A stretch of 64,000 nt of DNA from Octopus sinensis (Eukaryota), in NCBI RefSeq assembly GCF_006345805.1, contig NC_042998.1, positions 195,982,001-196,046,000 on the forward strand, given 5' to 3'. The notes beneath the pieces were generated by a model. That model made no database searches, was not told the origin of the DNA, and was given only the letters and a program-made list of their open reading frames with translations. Below, one piece after another: positions 51,203 to 64,000 of the stretch (within the stretch, counting starts at the first letter, position 1; each line of letters opens with the position of its first letter). Made by a program: the position numbers and the translations under genes.

Positions 51203-51622
51203 GTTTATATACACACATGCAAATGAGAGAGAAAGACAGAGTTTAAGCAAAGCAGATATTATTGTAAGAAATCTTGTTTCTGAAATTCTCCAAGAGATTA
51301 AGGAACCTGACTAAATATACACCATTATCCAGAATCTGATTAACCGACTTGAGATATTCCACCTGAACTCTCGTTCTCTCGTTTAATGCTGTTAGAGTCA
51401 TTTAGCCTCTAATTATGCATCAAAGATAGACACCTGGTTTGGCTTTTGCAAGTTTCAGTTTACCTTGAAAGAATTACAAATCATTTTGTGGAAGCAAACA
51501 TTCGCATTTATTTTACTTTATATTTAATCCCAATGATAAAATGCATATATATACATATATATACATACATACATATATATATATATATACATATACACAC
51601 ACATATATATATATAATATATA

Positions 51623-51685
<63 letters not shown>

Positions 51686-51705
51686 GCATATATGTATACA
51701 TACAA

Positions 51706-51738
<33 letters not shown>

Positions 51739-52480
51739 AAACAGAATAAAAATAAATATATACATATACATATATATATATAAATCTATATGTATGTAAG
51801 TATGTACACACACACACACACACACACAGATACATATATATATCCTTATGTATGTACACACACATACATATAATACATACATGAAATAGTTATGTGAGGC
51901 TGTCTGCGATTCTTGTTCACTTATTTTAGGAACAAACTTTCAGTCTTAGCCTTGGGAATACACACAAAAAAACGTGTGTTGTTTTGGAAAGACACAGCTA
52001 CCATTAATCAATTAATTGTGAAGTGTTAATTATTATTTCATACAACTAATTCTTCATGTCATTCTGGAGGGGACCTCTCATGATTTTCTGGATACGAATA
52101 TTCTTGTGGAATTACGATATATCTGTGACATTAGGAAGAAGATTGTTTCCGATTCTTTAACGATCAAATTTCGGAAAATATAACAGGAAAACAAATGGAA
52201 ATTATTGCTTTCCGTTAATCTAATTGATTTGAACTGATTTAATTATAAAGTTTAATAATATCATTATCTTCCAATATATACATATGCTGGCTAAAAGGTT
52301 AAGAAAGGGTGAAGAGCTAGAAATGTATCTAGGGGTTCAGTAAGGGGGGAGATAGTGAATAGGTAGGGTATTTTACACCTTTTACCATAAGCAATATACT
52401 TACATACATACATAAATATACATACATATATATATACATATATATATATATACATATATATACCACACATACATATATAT

Positions 52481-52523
<43 letters not shown>

Positions 52524-52589
52524 CATACATACACACACAACACATATATATACATATATATATACATACAACCATACATATATACATAT

Positions 52590-52625
52590 ATATATATATA
52601 GATAGGTAGATAGATAGATAGATAA

Positions 52626-52669
<44 letters not shown>

Positions 52670-52809
52670 GGGGAGAGAGAGAGATAGATAGATAGACAGA
52701 CAGACAGACTGACTGACAGACAAACAGACAGACACACAGGCAGACAGGCAGACAGATAGACAGACAGATAGACAGACAGACAGATAGACAGACAGACAGA
52801 TAGACAGAC

Positions 52810-52884
<75 letters not shown>

Positions 52885-52897
52885 TAGACAGACAGAC

Positions 52898-52967
<70 letters not shown>

Positions 52968-52968
52968 G

Positions 52969-53016
<48 letters not shown>

Positions 53017-53029
53017 TAAATAGACAGAC

Positions 53030-53094
<65 letters not shown>

Positions 53095-53095
53095 T
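52590..53095. repeat. (GATA/GACA)n microsatellite
   Basis: Directly visible. Confidence 0.95.
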
Positions 53096-54208
53096 ACATA
53101 TATATAAAATATGTGGAAAACTGGAGCCAGCTAGCACTGGTAAAATTAGGGTTGTATTATAAAACCTTGACTTATAAACTATGTATTCTGTTCCCTTACA
53201 GACCCCTACAAGTTATATAGATTCAGGGTAGTTGAGAAAAAGGGGTAGCATATACCAGTAAATATATTGCAAAGGACTTCCCCCTTAATAACTGCCATTC
53301 CCACCCTTACAATCTGCCGACTCCCCAAGAATTTTGTTTAAGCATTCCACCACCACCACCACCCCACATATATCCCCTACCTAACCAATTCTTACTGCTA
53401 TATTCTTACCATTTACCGGTACCAGAGAAGAAAGGATATTTGTATATTTTCAGTATTAAATTTGTCAGAAGAAAAAGAAATCGAAGGAGATTTTTAAGAT
53501 TTTCTTCTCAAAGAAAAAAATACCAAAACTAAGAATTCAAAGAGAACAGACCAGATTCCTTCCGTTGACCTTAAAAACCAGCAGTTCTTACAGAGGAAGA
53601 AGAAGGGGAAAAAATACTCAAATTTCTTTAACCCTCAAGGGACTGAAAAACCCTAAGTGGAAGAATTTTTGGATTTTCCCTAGCAGTTTTCTGAATTCTA
53701 CAGAGTGACAACACAAACACACACACACAGACACACACACACATATACAGAAACATACTGACATACATACTCACACACGCGCACGCACACACACAAACAC
53801 ACACACATATACAGAAGCATCTGACATACAAACTCAAACACGCACACACACACACACACACACTTATGTTCACACACACATATACAGAGGCATCTGACAT
53901 ACCTACTCACACACGTACACACACACACACACACACTGACACTTACACAGAGGCATACTGACATACATATTCACACACACACACACACGCAAAGACATAT
54001 TCACACACACACACACACAAGCACAAACACACACATCCATGCACAAACATACACACCAATACATGCTAACAATGCAGTCACATACTAACAGACACACACA
54101 CTAACACTCACACACACACACACTCGCACTGATACATACACACACATTCCCTCTGAGAAACACACACATTGAAACCACATCCCACTCGGTCTTCAACACA
54201 CACAAGAG

Positions 54209-54311
54209 GTGAGTACAAACTCTTCATTCTATTTATTCACCCCACCCCGCCACCCTCTGCCCCACCCCCATCCATGACTGTTTTTTTTGCTTCCCTCTTC
54301 TTGTATTTCAG
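54209..54311 (+). other. Candidate 103-nt intron
   Basis: Donor AAGAG|GTGAGT and acceptor ttttttttgcttccctcttcttgtatttcag|. Confidence 0.35.
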
Positions 54312-55092
54312 TAAAGGTTTCTGCTAATGTCTGTTGAAAAATATGAAACATGAACCCACGAAACCCCTACAAGCTAGGGCTGTGTTTGTCTGCTCACCTT
54401 GTAATAGATTTTGCATAACAGAAAATAACGATTTCTTTGTTGCCCACAAAACATCAAATAATAATAATAATAATAATAATAATATGCTGACACTATCAGT
54501 GAACAGGGCGCGATCTCTTAAAGCGACAAAAATATTTTGACAAATTAAACTTAAATGTTGAATAATAATATGTCTTGGTATAAAAGATGGGCCACAGCAA
54601 ATATTCTGCTCAATACCACAGATTTGCTTGTCAGTTGTTTGACCGTAACCAGCTGACCATGTCCCTTAGTGGCTGACAATATGTGCATCTTTGATCACAA
54701 GTAGAAGTAGTGGGGGAGCATCATAGCCATGTGTTGAGAGGGATTCTTTGGGGTTTGAATAATCCACCTCTGGAAACATGGGTGTTTTGTTCATCAACCC
54801 TAAACAACCCTTATTCAGGGACCTTTTGAGCAGGATGGGTTACTCAACCTGAAGAAAATCCTAATTGGGTCCCACCTGCAAGGTCATGTGCTGTTTATCT
54901 TGATACGAGATCACCGTGTCGCACACATATGGTTGTGATGCATGTGCCTTTATCAGTTATGATGGGTATATTGGGCATGTACCCTTATCAGACAGGTAGT
55001 CATGATGGGTATATTGGGCTTTGTATATATGTACCCCAGTATCACTTTGATGGCATGCATTGCTCTCTCATTCAATAATAATAATAATAATA

Positions 55093-55311
55093 ATAGGAAG
55101 CCAGACATAGTCTTAATTGAGAAAGAAAACAAGCTATGCTGCATCATAGATAGAGCATGCCCAGCTGAGAACAAGGTATGTGATAAGGAAGAAAGAAAAG
55201 TCGAGAGATATGACAGGTTAGCTTGGGAAGTTAAGCAGTTGTGGTCGATGAAAAAGGTGGTAGTAGTACCAATAATTGTCGGAGCCCTGGGAACAGTGAG
55301 TAAAAATCTCA
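55093..55311 (+). mobile_element. R4/Dong-type REL fragment fused to (AAT)n
   Basis: (AAT)7 then RKPDIVLIEKENKLCCIIDRACPAENKV..VVPIIVGALGTVSKNL; nearly identical to the 1-595 copy. Confidence 0.85.
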
Positions 55312-55925
55312 CTAGGCAATCAAAGAACCCCATAGACCCAGGATTATTCTGATCACCAAGGCTACAAGCCCTGGTCTCCAACCTACAGGAGCATGCTTAA
55401 GGAGCTCCAGTCACCCTAACTATTTCTACAAGTCATCCACCTTTGGGAAAAATCTGCTGGAGGGGAACACCTCCCTTTCCAAGGGGAACTTAGAAATAAT
55501 AATTTCTACCATAGACACAGGCATGGCTGTGTAGTTAAGAAGCTTGATTTGGAACCATGTGGTTTTCAGTTCAATCCCACGGAGTTACCCCTTGGGCAAG
55601 TTTCTTCTACTTTAGTCCCCAGGCCAACCATGGAAACTGAGTGGAAGCCTGTAACTGAGTATCCCTGTAACTTAGCAGTTTAGCAAAAGAAATCGACATC
55701 ATGTAGCGAAAACAGCATTAACCCTAGGGCCAGTTTCCTCAACTAAAACCATTTAAGCTGGTGCCACAGCATGGGCACAATACAATAACTGAAACAAGAG
55801 AAGAGTAAACGATAGGCAAAGGGCCTGAAATTTTTGTGAGGGTGGAGGGGGAAGAGTTGGTTAAATCAACCCCAGCATTTTACTGGTATATATATATATG
55901 TATATGTATGTATATATATATATAA

Positions 55926-55959
<34 letters not shown>

Positions 55960-55964
55960 ACATA

Positions 55965-56126
55965 TATAGGTACAAGAGTGGCTGTGCGGTAAGTAGCTTG
56001 CTTACCAACCACATGGTTCCAGGTTCAGTCCCATGGTGTGGCATCTTGAGCAAGTGTCTTCCACTACAGCCTCAAGCCGACCAAAGCCTTGTGAGTGGAT
56101 TGGGTAGACGGAAACTGAAAGAAGCC

Positions 56127-56176
<50 letters not shown>

Positions 56177-56365
56177 GTTTGTGCATCTGTGTTTGTCTCC
56201 CACCATTGCTTCACAACCACAACTGATGTTGGTATGTTTACATCCCCCGTAACTGAGCAGTTCAGCAAAAGACATTGATAGAATAAGTCTTGGACTTGAT
56301 TTCTTCGACTAAAGGTGGTGCTCCAGCATTGCCATGGTCAAATGACTGAAACAAGTAAAGAATGA

Positions 56366-56407
<42 letters not shown>

Positions 56408-57015
56408 CATATTTATATATATATGGAATTTTGAATTTAGTTCATGCACCCCCAGTACTTTCCAGGCCACCAGGGGTCCATGGACCCCCAGGTTAGGAAC
56501 CACTGGTCTAGAGGGTGTTTGTAGGCGGAGTCACATCATTCACCCTTTTTCAGTCTAATCTCTTTATCTTTGTTTAAGGGGAAGGTGTAGGTGAAGGACG
56601 TCAGCGTGTACCAAAACTGAAGGAATTCTTTTATTTGTTTGTCATTTGACTGCGGCCATGCTGGGGCACTGCCTTTAGTCGAGCAAATTGACCCCAGGAC
56701 TTATTCTTTGTAAGGCTAGTACTTATCTTCTTATTCTCTTTTGCCAAACCGCTAAGTTATGGGGACGTAAACACACCAGCATCGGTTGTCAAGTGATGTT
56801 GGAGGGACAAATATCAACACACAAACATACACACATACACATATGTATATATATAGGATGGGCTTCTTTCAGTTTCCGTCTACCAAATCCACTCACAAGG
56901 CTTTCGTTAGCTCAAGGCTGTAGTAGAAGACACTTGTCCAAGGTGCCATGCAGTGGGTCTGAACCCAGAACCATGTGGTTGGTTAGCAGGCTACTTACCA
57001 CACAGCCACTCCTGC
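55965..57015. mobile_element. Inverted SINE family 1 pair with an intervening hAT/Charlie-like MITE end
   Basis: Plus copy 55965-56370 and minus copy 56630-57015. 56480-56508 reads cagtggttcctaacctggggg on the minus strand. Confidence 0.75.
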
Positions 57016-57184
57016 GCCAAATTTCGTTTCGATGTTCTAGCATAGAATTTATTGGAGGGGATTGTACAGTGATGTTCATCCCTTTCCCAATAGCTATTAG
57101 AGATGTGGAATGAACTGGTGGCGGTGGCAGGAGAGAGGCAACTGAAATAGCAGTAAAACTATAGACATAAAATATTGTTTTGTA

Positions 57185-57600
57185 CTCCAGGCACAAGGCC
57201 GAAATTTTGGGGGAGGGGGGCCAGTGTCGACTCCAGTATGTAACTTGTACTTAATTTATCGACCCCAAAAGGATGAAAGGTAAAATCGACCTCGGTGGAA
57301 TTTGAACTCAGGATATAAAGACTGACGAAATACGGCTAAGCATTTCGCCCAGCTTGCTAACGTTCTTGTTTCTTTATTGCCAAAGGGGCCAAACATAGAG
57401 GAGACAAACAAGGACAGACAAACGGATTAAGTCGATTATATCTACCCCAGTGCGTAACTGGTACTTAATTTATCGACCCCGAAAGAAGGAAAGGCAAAGT
57501 CGACCTCGGCGGAATTTGAACTCAGAACGTAACGGCAGACGAAATACTGCTAAGCATTTCGCCCGGCGTGCTAACCTTTCTGCCAGCTCGCCACCTTACT
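57185..57600 (-). mobile_element. SINE family 2 copies, CpG-intact
   Basis: Reverse-complement consensus match. Confidence 0.85.
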
Positions 57601-57659
57601 ATAGACATAAAATAGGGATGACGATGATGATGATGATGATGATGATGATTATGATGATG

Positions 57660-58260
57660 GTGCGGAGGGGGAGATGAAGGTTGAAGAATGGAAGTGCCGG
57701 GGCGGTGGCGATGGCGGTGGCAGCGTAGTCGGAGGGGAGTGGGAGGGCAAAAGGGGATCAAAGCATGTGCGTCGCCAGTACTTAGAGTTCTGCTACAAGT
57801 TAACTGACAACAGCCTCCTACACCCTTCTCCACCCTCTCCTCTCCGCAGCCTCTTTCCTCCCCTTCCTTCCTCCGCCTCCACCCCACCGTTGCTGTGACG
57901 ACAGATGCGAGAAGGGGAGAGGAGGAAGAAATTGGTGGTGGGGGTGGAGGTGGGGTGGTTCTCGAAAAATCTCAGCGATATTCAAAGAAAGAAACAGAAG
58001 CAAATGGGGTGAGAGATAGAGATGAAAGAGAGAGAGAGGGAAAGAGGAAGAGGGAGAGAGAGAGAGAGAGGGAAAGAGGGAGAGAGAGAGAGAGAGAGAA
58101 AGAGGGAGAGCGAGAGAAAGAGGAAGAGAGAGAGACAAGGAAGAAAAAGAGAGAAAGATGAAACGGGAGGAGGGCGACGTGGTGCCTGTGTGCCAGACGA
58201 ATTTGAAACCCCAGTATTTCAGTTCCCGGTTGGAGTCGTTTCACTCCATTTAACACTGCA
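57660..58260. promoter_or_regulatory. GC/CpG-rich island, possible TSS or 5' UTR region
   Basis: Locally G/C-rich with GGGGCGG and many CpGs, at the edge of the CpG-depleted domain. Confidence 0.3.
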
Positions 58261-58465
58261 TTGAGAATAATTCTTGTATAGGCAGACCTACACAAATGTG
58301 CCCCACCAATTTTGTTTTCCTCATAACTTCCAGAAAAATAGATATTTTTCAATGAAATTTTCTAACGAATACCTTTCAGAGAGTGCAGATTACAATTATA
58401 TCGGAATTTAATACATTGAAAAATAAATGGTGAGTTCGCACACATAGATACTGATATACGCCACA

Positions 58466-58852
58466 TCTCTCTCTATATAAAGCTGAAGTTGTCTGTGTAT
58501 GGCAGGTTTGGTAGCCTTCAACTAACACTATCTCCTCCGAGACCCTGCGGCGCAAGTTGACCAAAATTGAGAGTATGATAGAAGAAGGCTTGCTCTTCCT
58601 TTCAAAGAAGAAAAAATTCAAATCGGACCATGTTAACACCAAAAATTATTTACATCAAAAAGGTGCTTTTTTTCTATGAAAATCCCTATTTTTAACGATT
58701 TTTTGACTGCTGTGCCGCCATTTTTCGGTGTATTTCAACCTGAAAAATGTTCACTTAAAGAGAATAACAAGCTACATAATGCAAAATTTTTACTTGTCAA
58801 AAATTCCAATTCTAAAGGGTCGAAACAAATCCGAGCCGGGTGATACTGCTAG
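58466..58852 (+). mobile_element. Non-autonomous Helitron family B
   Basis: A|TC..CTAG|T; homologous to 62692-63085. Confidence 0.85.
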
Positions 58853-58942
58853 TTCTAATATACAATAACACTTGAAAGTCGAAAAAAAATTGTGATGTTG
58901 TCTGTATGTATGTGTGTGTGCTCATCATTTTTTTCTTTTCAG

Positions 58943-59052
58943 ATCAAATTCCAATATAATTGTAATTTACACGCTCTGAGACGTAATTGTAGAGAATTTA
59001 ATTTTAAAATACCCGTTTTTTTTTGTGAAAGTTTTAAGGAAATTAAGTCGGG
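58943..59052 (+). other. Candidate exon (110 nt, one open frame)
   Basis: Acceptor tttttttcttttcag| and donor GG|GTAAGC; frame IKFQYNCNLHALRRNCREFNFKIPVFFCESFKEIKS is unrecognised. Confidence 0.25.
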
Positions 59053-59269
59053 GTAAGCACTCTTGCATAGGTATGCGAATTCCAGAAAATAATATATGCC
59101 AAGAACCTCATAGACATCACAACCCCTCGTTTCAAACCGCCCCCCCCCACACACACACACACACTCACAGACATCTCTATGAATCGAAATTCCGTGTTTT
59201 TGTAAAAATCAACAGTACAGATACGATACAGTTGTTGAAAGCAACAAAACTTTCCAAGCAAAATGTCTG

Positions 59270-60119
59270 TTATAAGACGGTGAGTTGGCAGAACCGTTAC
59301 CGCACCGAGCAAAATGCTTAGCGGTATTTCGTCTGTCTTTATGTTCTGAGTTCAAATTCCGCCGAGGTCGACTTTGCCTTTCATCCTTTCGGGGTCGATA
59401 AATTAAGTACCAGTTATGCACTGGGGTCGATGTAATTGACTTAGTACCTATGTCTGTCCTTGTTTGTCCCCTCTATGTTTAGCCCCTTGTGGGTAATAAA
59501 GAAATAGGTATTTCGTCCGTCGCTACGTTCTGAGTTCAAATTCCGCTGAGGTTGACTTTGTCTTTCGTTCGTCGGGGTCGATAAAATAAATAACAGTTGA
59601 ACACTGGAGTTGATGTGTTGCTGGCCCCGTGACAAAATTAGAAACCAACGTGTATATTATAAGTGCAGCCCATGTGGTTACGGGTTCGATCCAACCCGTG
59701 ATAATATTGGCGCGTGCATCTATTCTTCTTTGTGGTCTTACAGCTGTTTCCGGGATATTTTATGTATCCCTTCATCGGAATACATACATATATATATATA
59801 TTCTTTTATTTGATTCAGTCATTTGACAGCGGCCATGCTAGAGCACCGCCTCTAGTCGAGTAAATTGACCCCATGACATATATATATATATATATATATA
59901 TATACTCTTTTACTCTTTTACTTGTTTCAGTCATTTGACTGCGGCCATGCTGGAGCACCGCCTTTAGTCGACCAAATCGACCCCGGGACTTATTCTTTGT
60001 AAGCCCAGTACTTATTCTATCGTTCTCTTTTGCCGAACCGCTAAGTGACGGGGACGTAAACACACCAGCATCGGTTGTCAAGCAATGCTAGGGGGACAAA
60101 CACAGGCACACAAACACGC

Positions 60120-60154
<35 letters not shown>

Positions 60155-60560
60155 CGACAGGCTTCTTTCAGTTTCCGTCTACCAAATTGGTCGGCCCGGG
60201 GCTATAGCAGAAGACATTTGCCCAAGATGCCACGCAGTGGGACTGAACCCGGAACCATGTGGCTGGTTAGCAAGCTACTTACCACACAGCCAATTCTTCT
60301 ATTTGTTTTATAAACACATCAAAACTGGTTGTCAAGAAGTGGTGACGGACAGAGTAACAGACACACGTGCCCGCGCGTACGCACGCACACACACACATAC
60401 GACGGGCTTCTTTCAGTTTCCGTCTACCAAATCCACTCACAAGACTTTGGTCGGCCCCAGGCTAGAGTAGAAGACAGTCGCAGAAGGAGTCACGCAGTGG
60501 GACTGAACCTGGAACCATGTGGTCGGAAAGCAAGCTTCTTACCACATAGCGATTCCTGCG
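59270..60560. mobile_element. Cluster of SINE family 2 (plus) and family 1 (minus) copies
   Basis: Consensus matches at 59270-59590 and 59805-60560. Confidence 0.85.
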
Positions 60561-61259
60561 GCTGTGGAAATTTAAGAAATGTTTGTTTGAAAGGTTAAAG
60601 ACAACGAAGGCGCCTTACCAACACAAAACTCCCTCCTATTGCGTCCGTGCTAATCTTTTTCTTTCAAGATTTTATAAAACATCTTGTGGGGTGGGGGCAA
60701 AAAGTTCGTTTTAATATTTACGCATATGTATGTATATACTTACACACACTGTGGTGTAACAGATACGCAGGTATATTTATATTTTAATGCATGCAGATGT
60801 TGAGGGAACGAGAGAGACACGCCATGATATAAATATTTTATAATCAGATCCAAAGAAACATAAACATAATCTCTGCGGCTCTGGTTCCTCCCCCCCCCCT
60901 CCCACTCGCTTCCACTCTCCTCCCCTTCACATCATATTTCTTTCCACCTCCTCCTCCTTCATGCCTCCCTCCTCCTCTCCCTCCATCTCTCTCTTTATCT
61001 TAAGACAATTTATATATGTTACAGTCTCTCCTACAACATCCATCAAACCCAGACGATCTCTACTCCCCCGTGTACAATAAAGCGAGAAAATATATAAATA
61101 TAGTAAATATACATTCATAAATATCTGTGTGTGTGTATGATGCATTAAAGTGGAGTGGAGTAACTTTTACTACGAATGAGTCGACACTCAAGTTTGAGGC
61201 GGCGACGAAATTTCAGCGGCGTCTCACACTCAACTTTGATTAAATCTTATGTGTATTTC

Positions 61260-61833
61260 TTTACTGCCCACAAGGGGCTAAACATAGAGGGGACAAACAA
61301 GGACAGACAAAGGGATTAAGTCGATTATATCGACCCCAGTGCGAAACTGGTACTTTATTTATCGACCCCGAAAGGATGAAAGGCAAAGTTGACCTCGACG
61401 GAATTTGAACTAAGAACGTAACGGCAGACGAAATACCTATTTCTTTGTTGCCCACAAGGGGCTAAACACAGAGGGGACAAACAAGGACACAAAAAGGGAT
61501 TAAGTCGATTACATGGACTCCAGTGCGAAACTGGTGCTTAATTTATCGACCCCGAAAAGATGAAAGGCAAAGTCTACCTCGGCGGAATTTGAACTCAGAA
61601 CGTAACGACAGACGAAATACTTTGATTAAATCTTATATGTGTGCGTGCGTCTGTGTGAGTATGATGTTCAGCTTTTTGACTTCAGTTCTAAGTCGAATGA
61701 AACGATCCCAGTAGTTTTGTTTTTTTCAAGACTAATATTTTTTCTATCTTTGTCTTTTGCCGAACCATTAAGTTTCGGGGACGTAAACGCACCAACACCG
61801 CTGGTCAAACGGCGGGAGGAGACACTGACTCAG

Positions 61834-61864
<31 letters not shown>

Positions 61865-62480
61865 CGACGGGCTTCTTTCAGTTTCCGTCTACCAAATCCA
61901 CTCACAAGGCTTTGGTCAATCCAAGGCTATAGTAGAAGACACTTACTCAAGGTGCCATGCAGTGAGAACCATAGAGCCACGCCTGGACAGGGTTTCTAAC
62001 AATGTTTGGGATTGATTCATAAGAAGAAGTATACTTAACGGTAATGTGGCTAAGGTCAGGTGTAGGTGTGGCTGTGTGGTAAGAAGCTTGCTTCCCAATT
62101 ATATTGTTCCGGGTTCAGTCCCACTGTGTGGCACCTTGGGCAAGTGCCTTCTACTAGAGTCTCGGGCCGAACAAAGCTTTGAGTGGATTTGGTAGACAGA
62201 AACTGAAAGATCCTCATCCTCTGTGTGTGGTGTGTGTATCGCATATGTGTGTGCGTATCGCGCATGTGTGTGTGTCTATGTTTGTCCTCTACCACCGCTT
62301 GACAACCGGTGTTGGTGTGTTTATGTCCCTGCAACTTAACGGTTCAGCAAAAGACAAAGAGAGAATAAGTACCAGTTAAAAAAAAACAAAAGTACCGGTG
62401 TCGATTCATTCGACTAAAAACTCCTCTAGATGGTGCCCCAGCATGGTCGCAGTCTAATGACCGAAACAAGTAAAAGATTT
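61260..62480. mobile_element. Cluster of SINE family 2 (minus) and family 1 (minus, plus) copies
   Basis: Consensus matches at 61260-61620, 61740-61960 and 62060-62480. Confidence 0.85.
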
Positions 62481-62691
62481 TAAAAAAAAAACTAATCTGG
62501 AATACTTCAATCCTTTGGTGATGTTCCAAAAACCCTTTCCCTCCACCCCGTTCTTTGTTTTTTCCAACTTAGCAACATTTAAAAGCCCCATTCGTAACCA
62601 TACAGAAGTTTACCCTAATTTCAAACCATGTTCTATATTTGCTCCAAAGGATATTGATGTATCCTTTCTCTAGAATACATTTATAATTTAA

Positions 62692-63085
62692 CTAGCAGTA
62701 TCGCCCGGCGTTGCTCGGGTTTGTTTTTCGACCCTTTAGAATTGGAATTTTTGACAAGTAAAAATTTTGCATTATATCGCTTGTTATTCTCTTTAAGTGA
62801 ACATTTTTCTGGTTGAAATACACCGAAAAATGGCGACACAGCAGTCAAAAAATCATTAAAAATAGGGATTTTCATAGAAAATAAGCACCCTTTTGATGTA
62901 AATAATTTTTGGTGTTAACATGGTCCGATTTGAATTTTATCTTCTACGGAAGGGAGAGCAAGCCTTCTTCTATCATACTCTCAATTTTGGTCAACTTGCG
63001 CCGCAGGGTCTCGGAGGAGATAGTGTTAGTTGAAGGCTACCAAACCTGCCACACGCAGACAACTTCAGCTTTATATAGAGAGAGA
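62692..63085 (-). mobile_element. Non-autonomous Helitron family B
   Basis: Inverted copy of 58466-58852 with an intact hairpin cccg-agcaacgc-cggg and CTAG|T. Confidence 0.85.
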
Positions 63086-64000
63086 TTTCTTTTATAAGAA
63101 TTCTTATTAATAGTTAGAAACCTAACTTTTCTTTTTCTAAATATATTTTATTTAATGTAATTTTATTGAACGCTAACAAAACCAACTTTCGCTATTAATA
63201 CAAACAGAAAATGGTTTAACTGTTCGTTCTGTTTTATGCTGTGAATTGATTTGTACTCAGTGAACTTAAGAATTCAAACGCCAAATTTACTTTGACATTA
63301 AGCAGTCATTGCCATTTATTTTCTCTTCACATGGAACTTTAATTTGCTCGAGTCTGATAAAGAAATACATCCCAATATAGGGTAATGAATTATGGGAAGA
63401 AATCTGATACGTCTGCTTTCAATTAGAATCCTCCATTAGCACTGGTGGTGAATAGAATCAAGTACATACTCTTAGAACTTTGAGAAGAATGGCTCAGGAA
63501 ATAGCACTGCCGTGAAATTGGTTGGTTAACTGATCGATTGATAGATCGATTAAATGTGCAAACTACTAAATATAATGGATTCGATTTGTCGAGTCATTTG
63601 AAACGTACGTAAGGGAATAAATCATCGCATGAACAGAATTCTTCATTGTTTATTTCTTTGCCATAAAGTTTGATAAGAGCCAACACACGATGTCTCGGAC
63701 TTTGAGTCACTGTTGCTTCTGATATATATATATAATATATATATATATACCACTATGTAAGTTAGGGGTTGTGGATCCAACCCACTAAGAGATAATACTT
63801 ATCCTATTTACTGTTGGTATAATACACAAGTGTTTTTAATTGCAATGCAATAAACTTACTTATTGTATTAAATAGGTGAAGTTAGAGAAATATTTTACCA
63901 TTAATTTATATTGCAAATAAGAAAACGGAAAAGCACATTAGTTGGTTCATCAACTTTAGGATATTAAAATGTTGACTTAATAATTTATATTCATGTTTTT

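Noticed and set aside
52291-53137. LSIY-repeat ORFs
   Set aside because: They are (GATA)n translations.
56545-56617. Minus-strand FWYTLTSFT resembling an ionotropic receptor pore segment
   Set aside because: The similarity stops after 9 residues (no PQG), the acceptor is weak and no other receptor exons were found.
57972-58352. 126-aa minus-strand ORF
   Set aside because: It has a TTG start, half of it is (CT)n-derived, and there is no recognisable domain or splice support.

Overview
This is AT-rich, repeat-dominated eukaryotic DNA. The SINE families look like those of Octopus (inference from memory, no database search). No host protein-coding gene can be identified with confidence, and almost all long ORFs in the track are microsatellite or repeat artefacts. 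Supported content: two abundant tRNA-derived SINE families; a young 5'-truncated RTE LINE (47.9-50.1 kb) plus many copies of its 3' tail; two lineages of R4/Dong-type REL-endonuclease LINE fragments sitting in different microsatellites; CR1 3' ends; decayed Tc1 and mariner elements; non-autonomous Helitrons; MITEs and foldbacks; and a 100-N scaffold gap. The most notable signal is a set of short microsatellite-flanked elements from several unrelated sequence families carrying minimal type I hammerhead ribozyme (HHR) motifs. These are a near-canonical HHR with palindromic stem III (18817-18905, minus), a tandem-dimer family with a shared CUGUNGA core variant (25.9, 26.2, 50.3 kb), one joined to a tRNA-like Pol III head (36.7-37.0 kb), and one at the centre of a 290-bp foldback (7.5-7.8 kb). 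Together they suggest a Penelope/retrozyme-like non-autonomous RNA system. A CpG-depleted domain (about 18.1-56.4 kb) bounded by two CpG-retaining islands suggests a methylated gene body whose exons could only be guessed. SINE and microsatellite boundaries are approximate.
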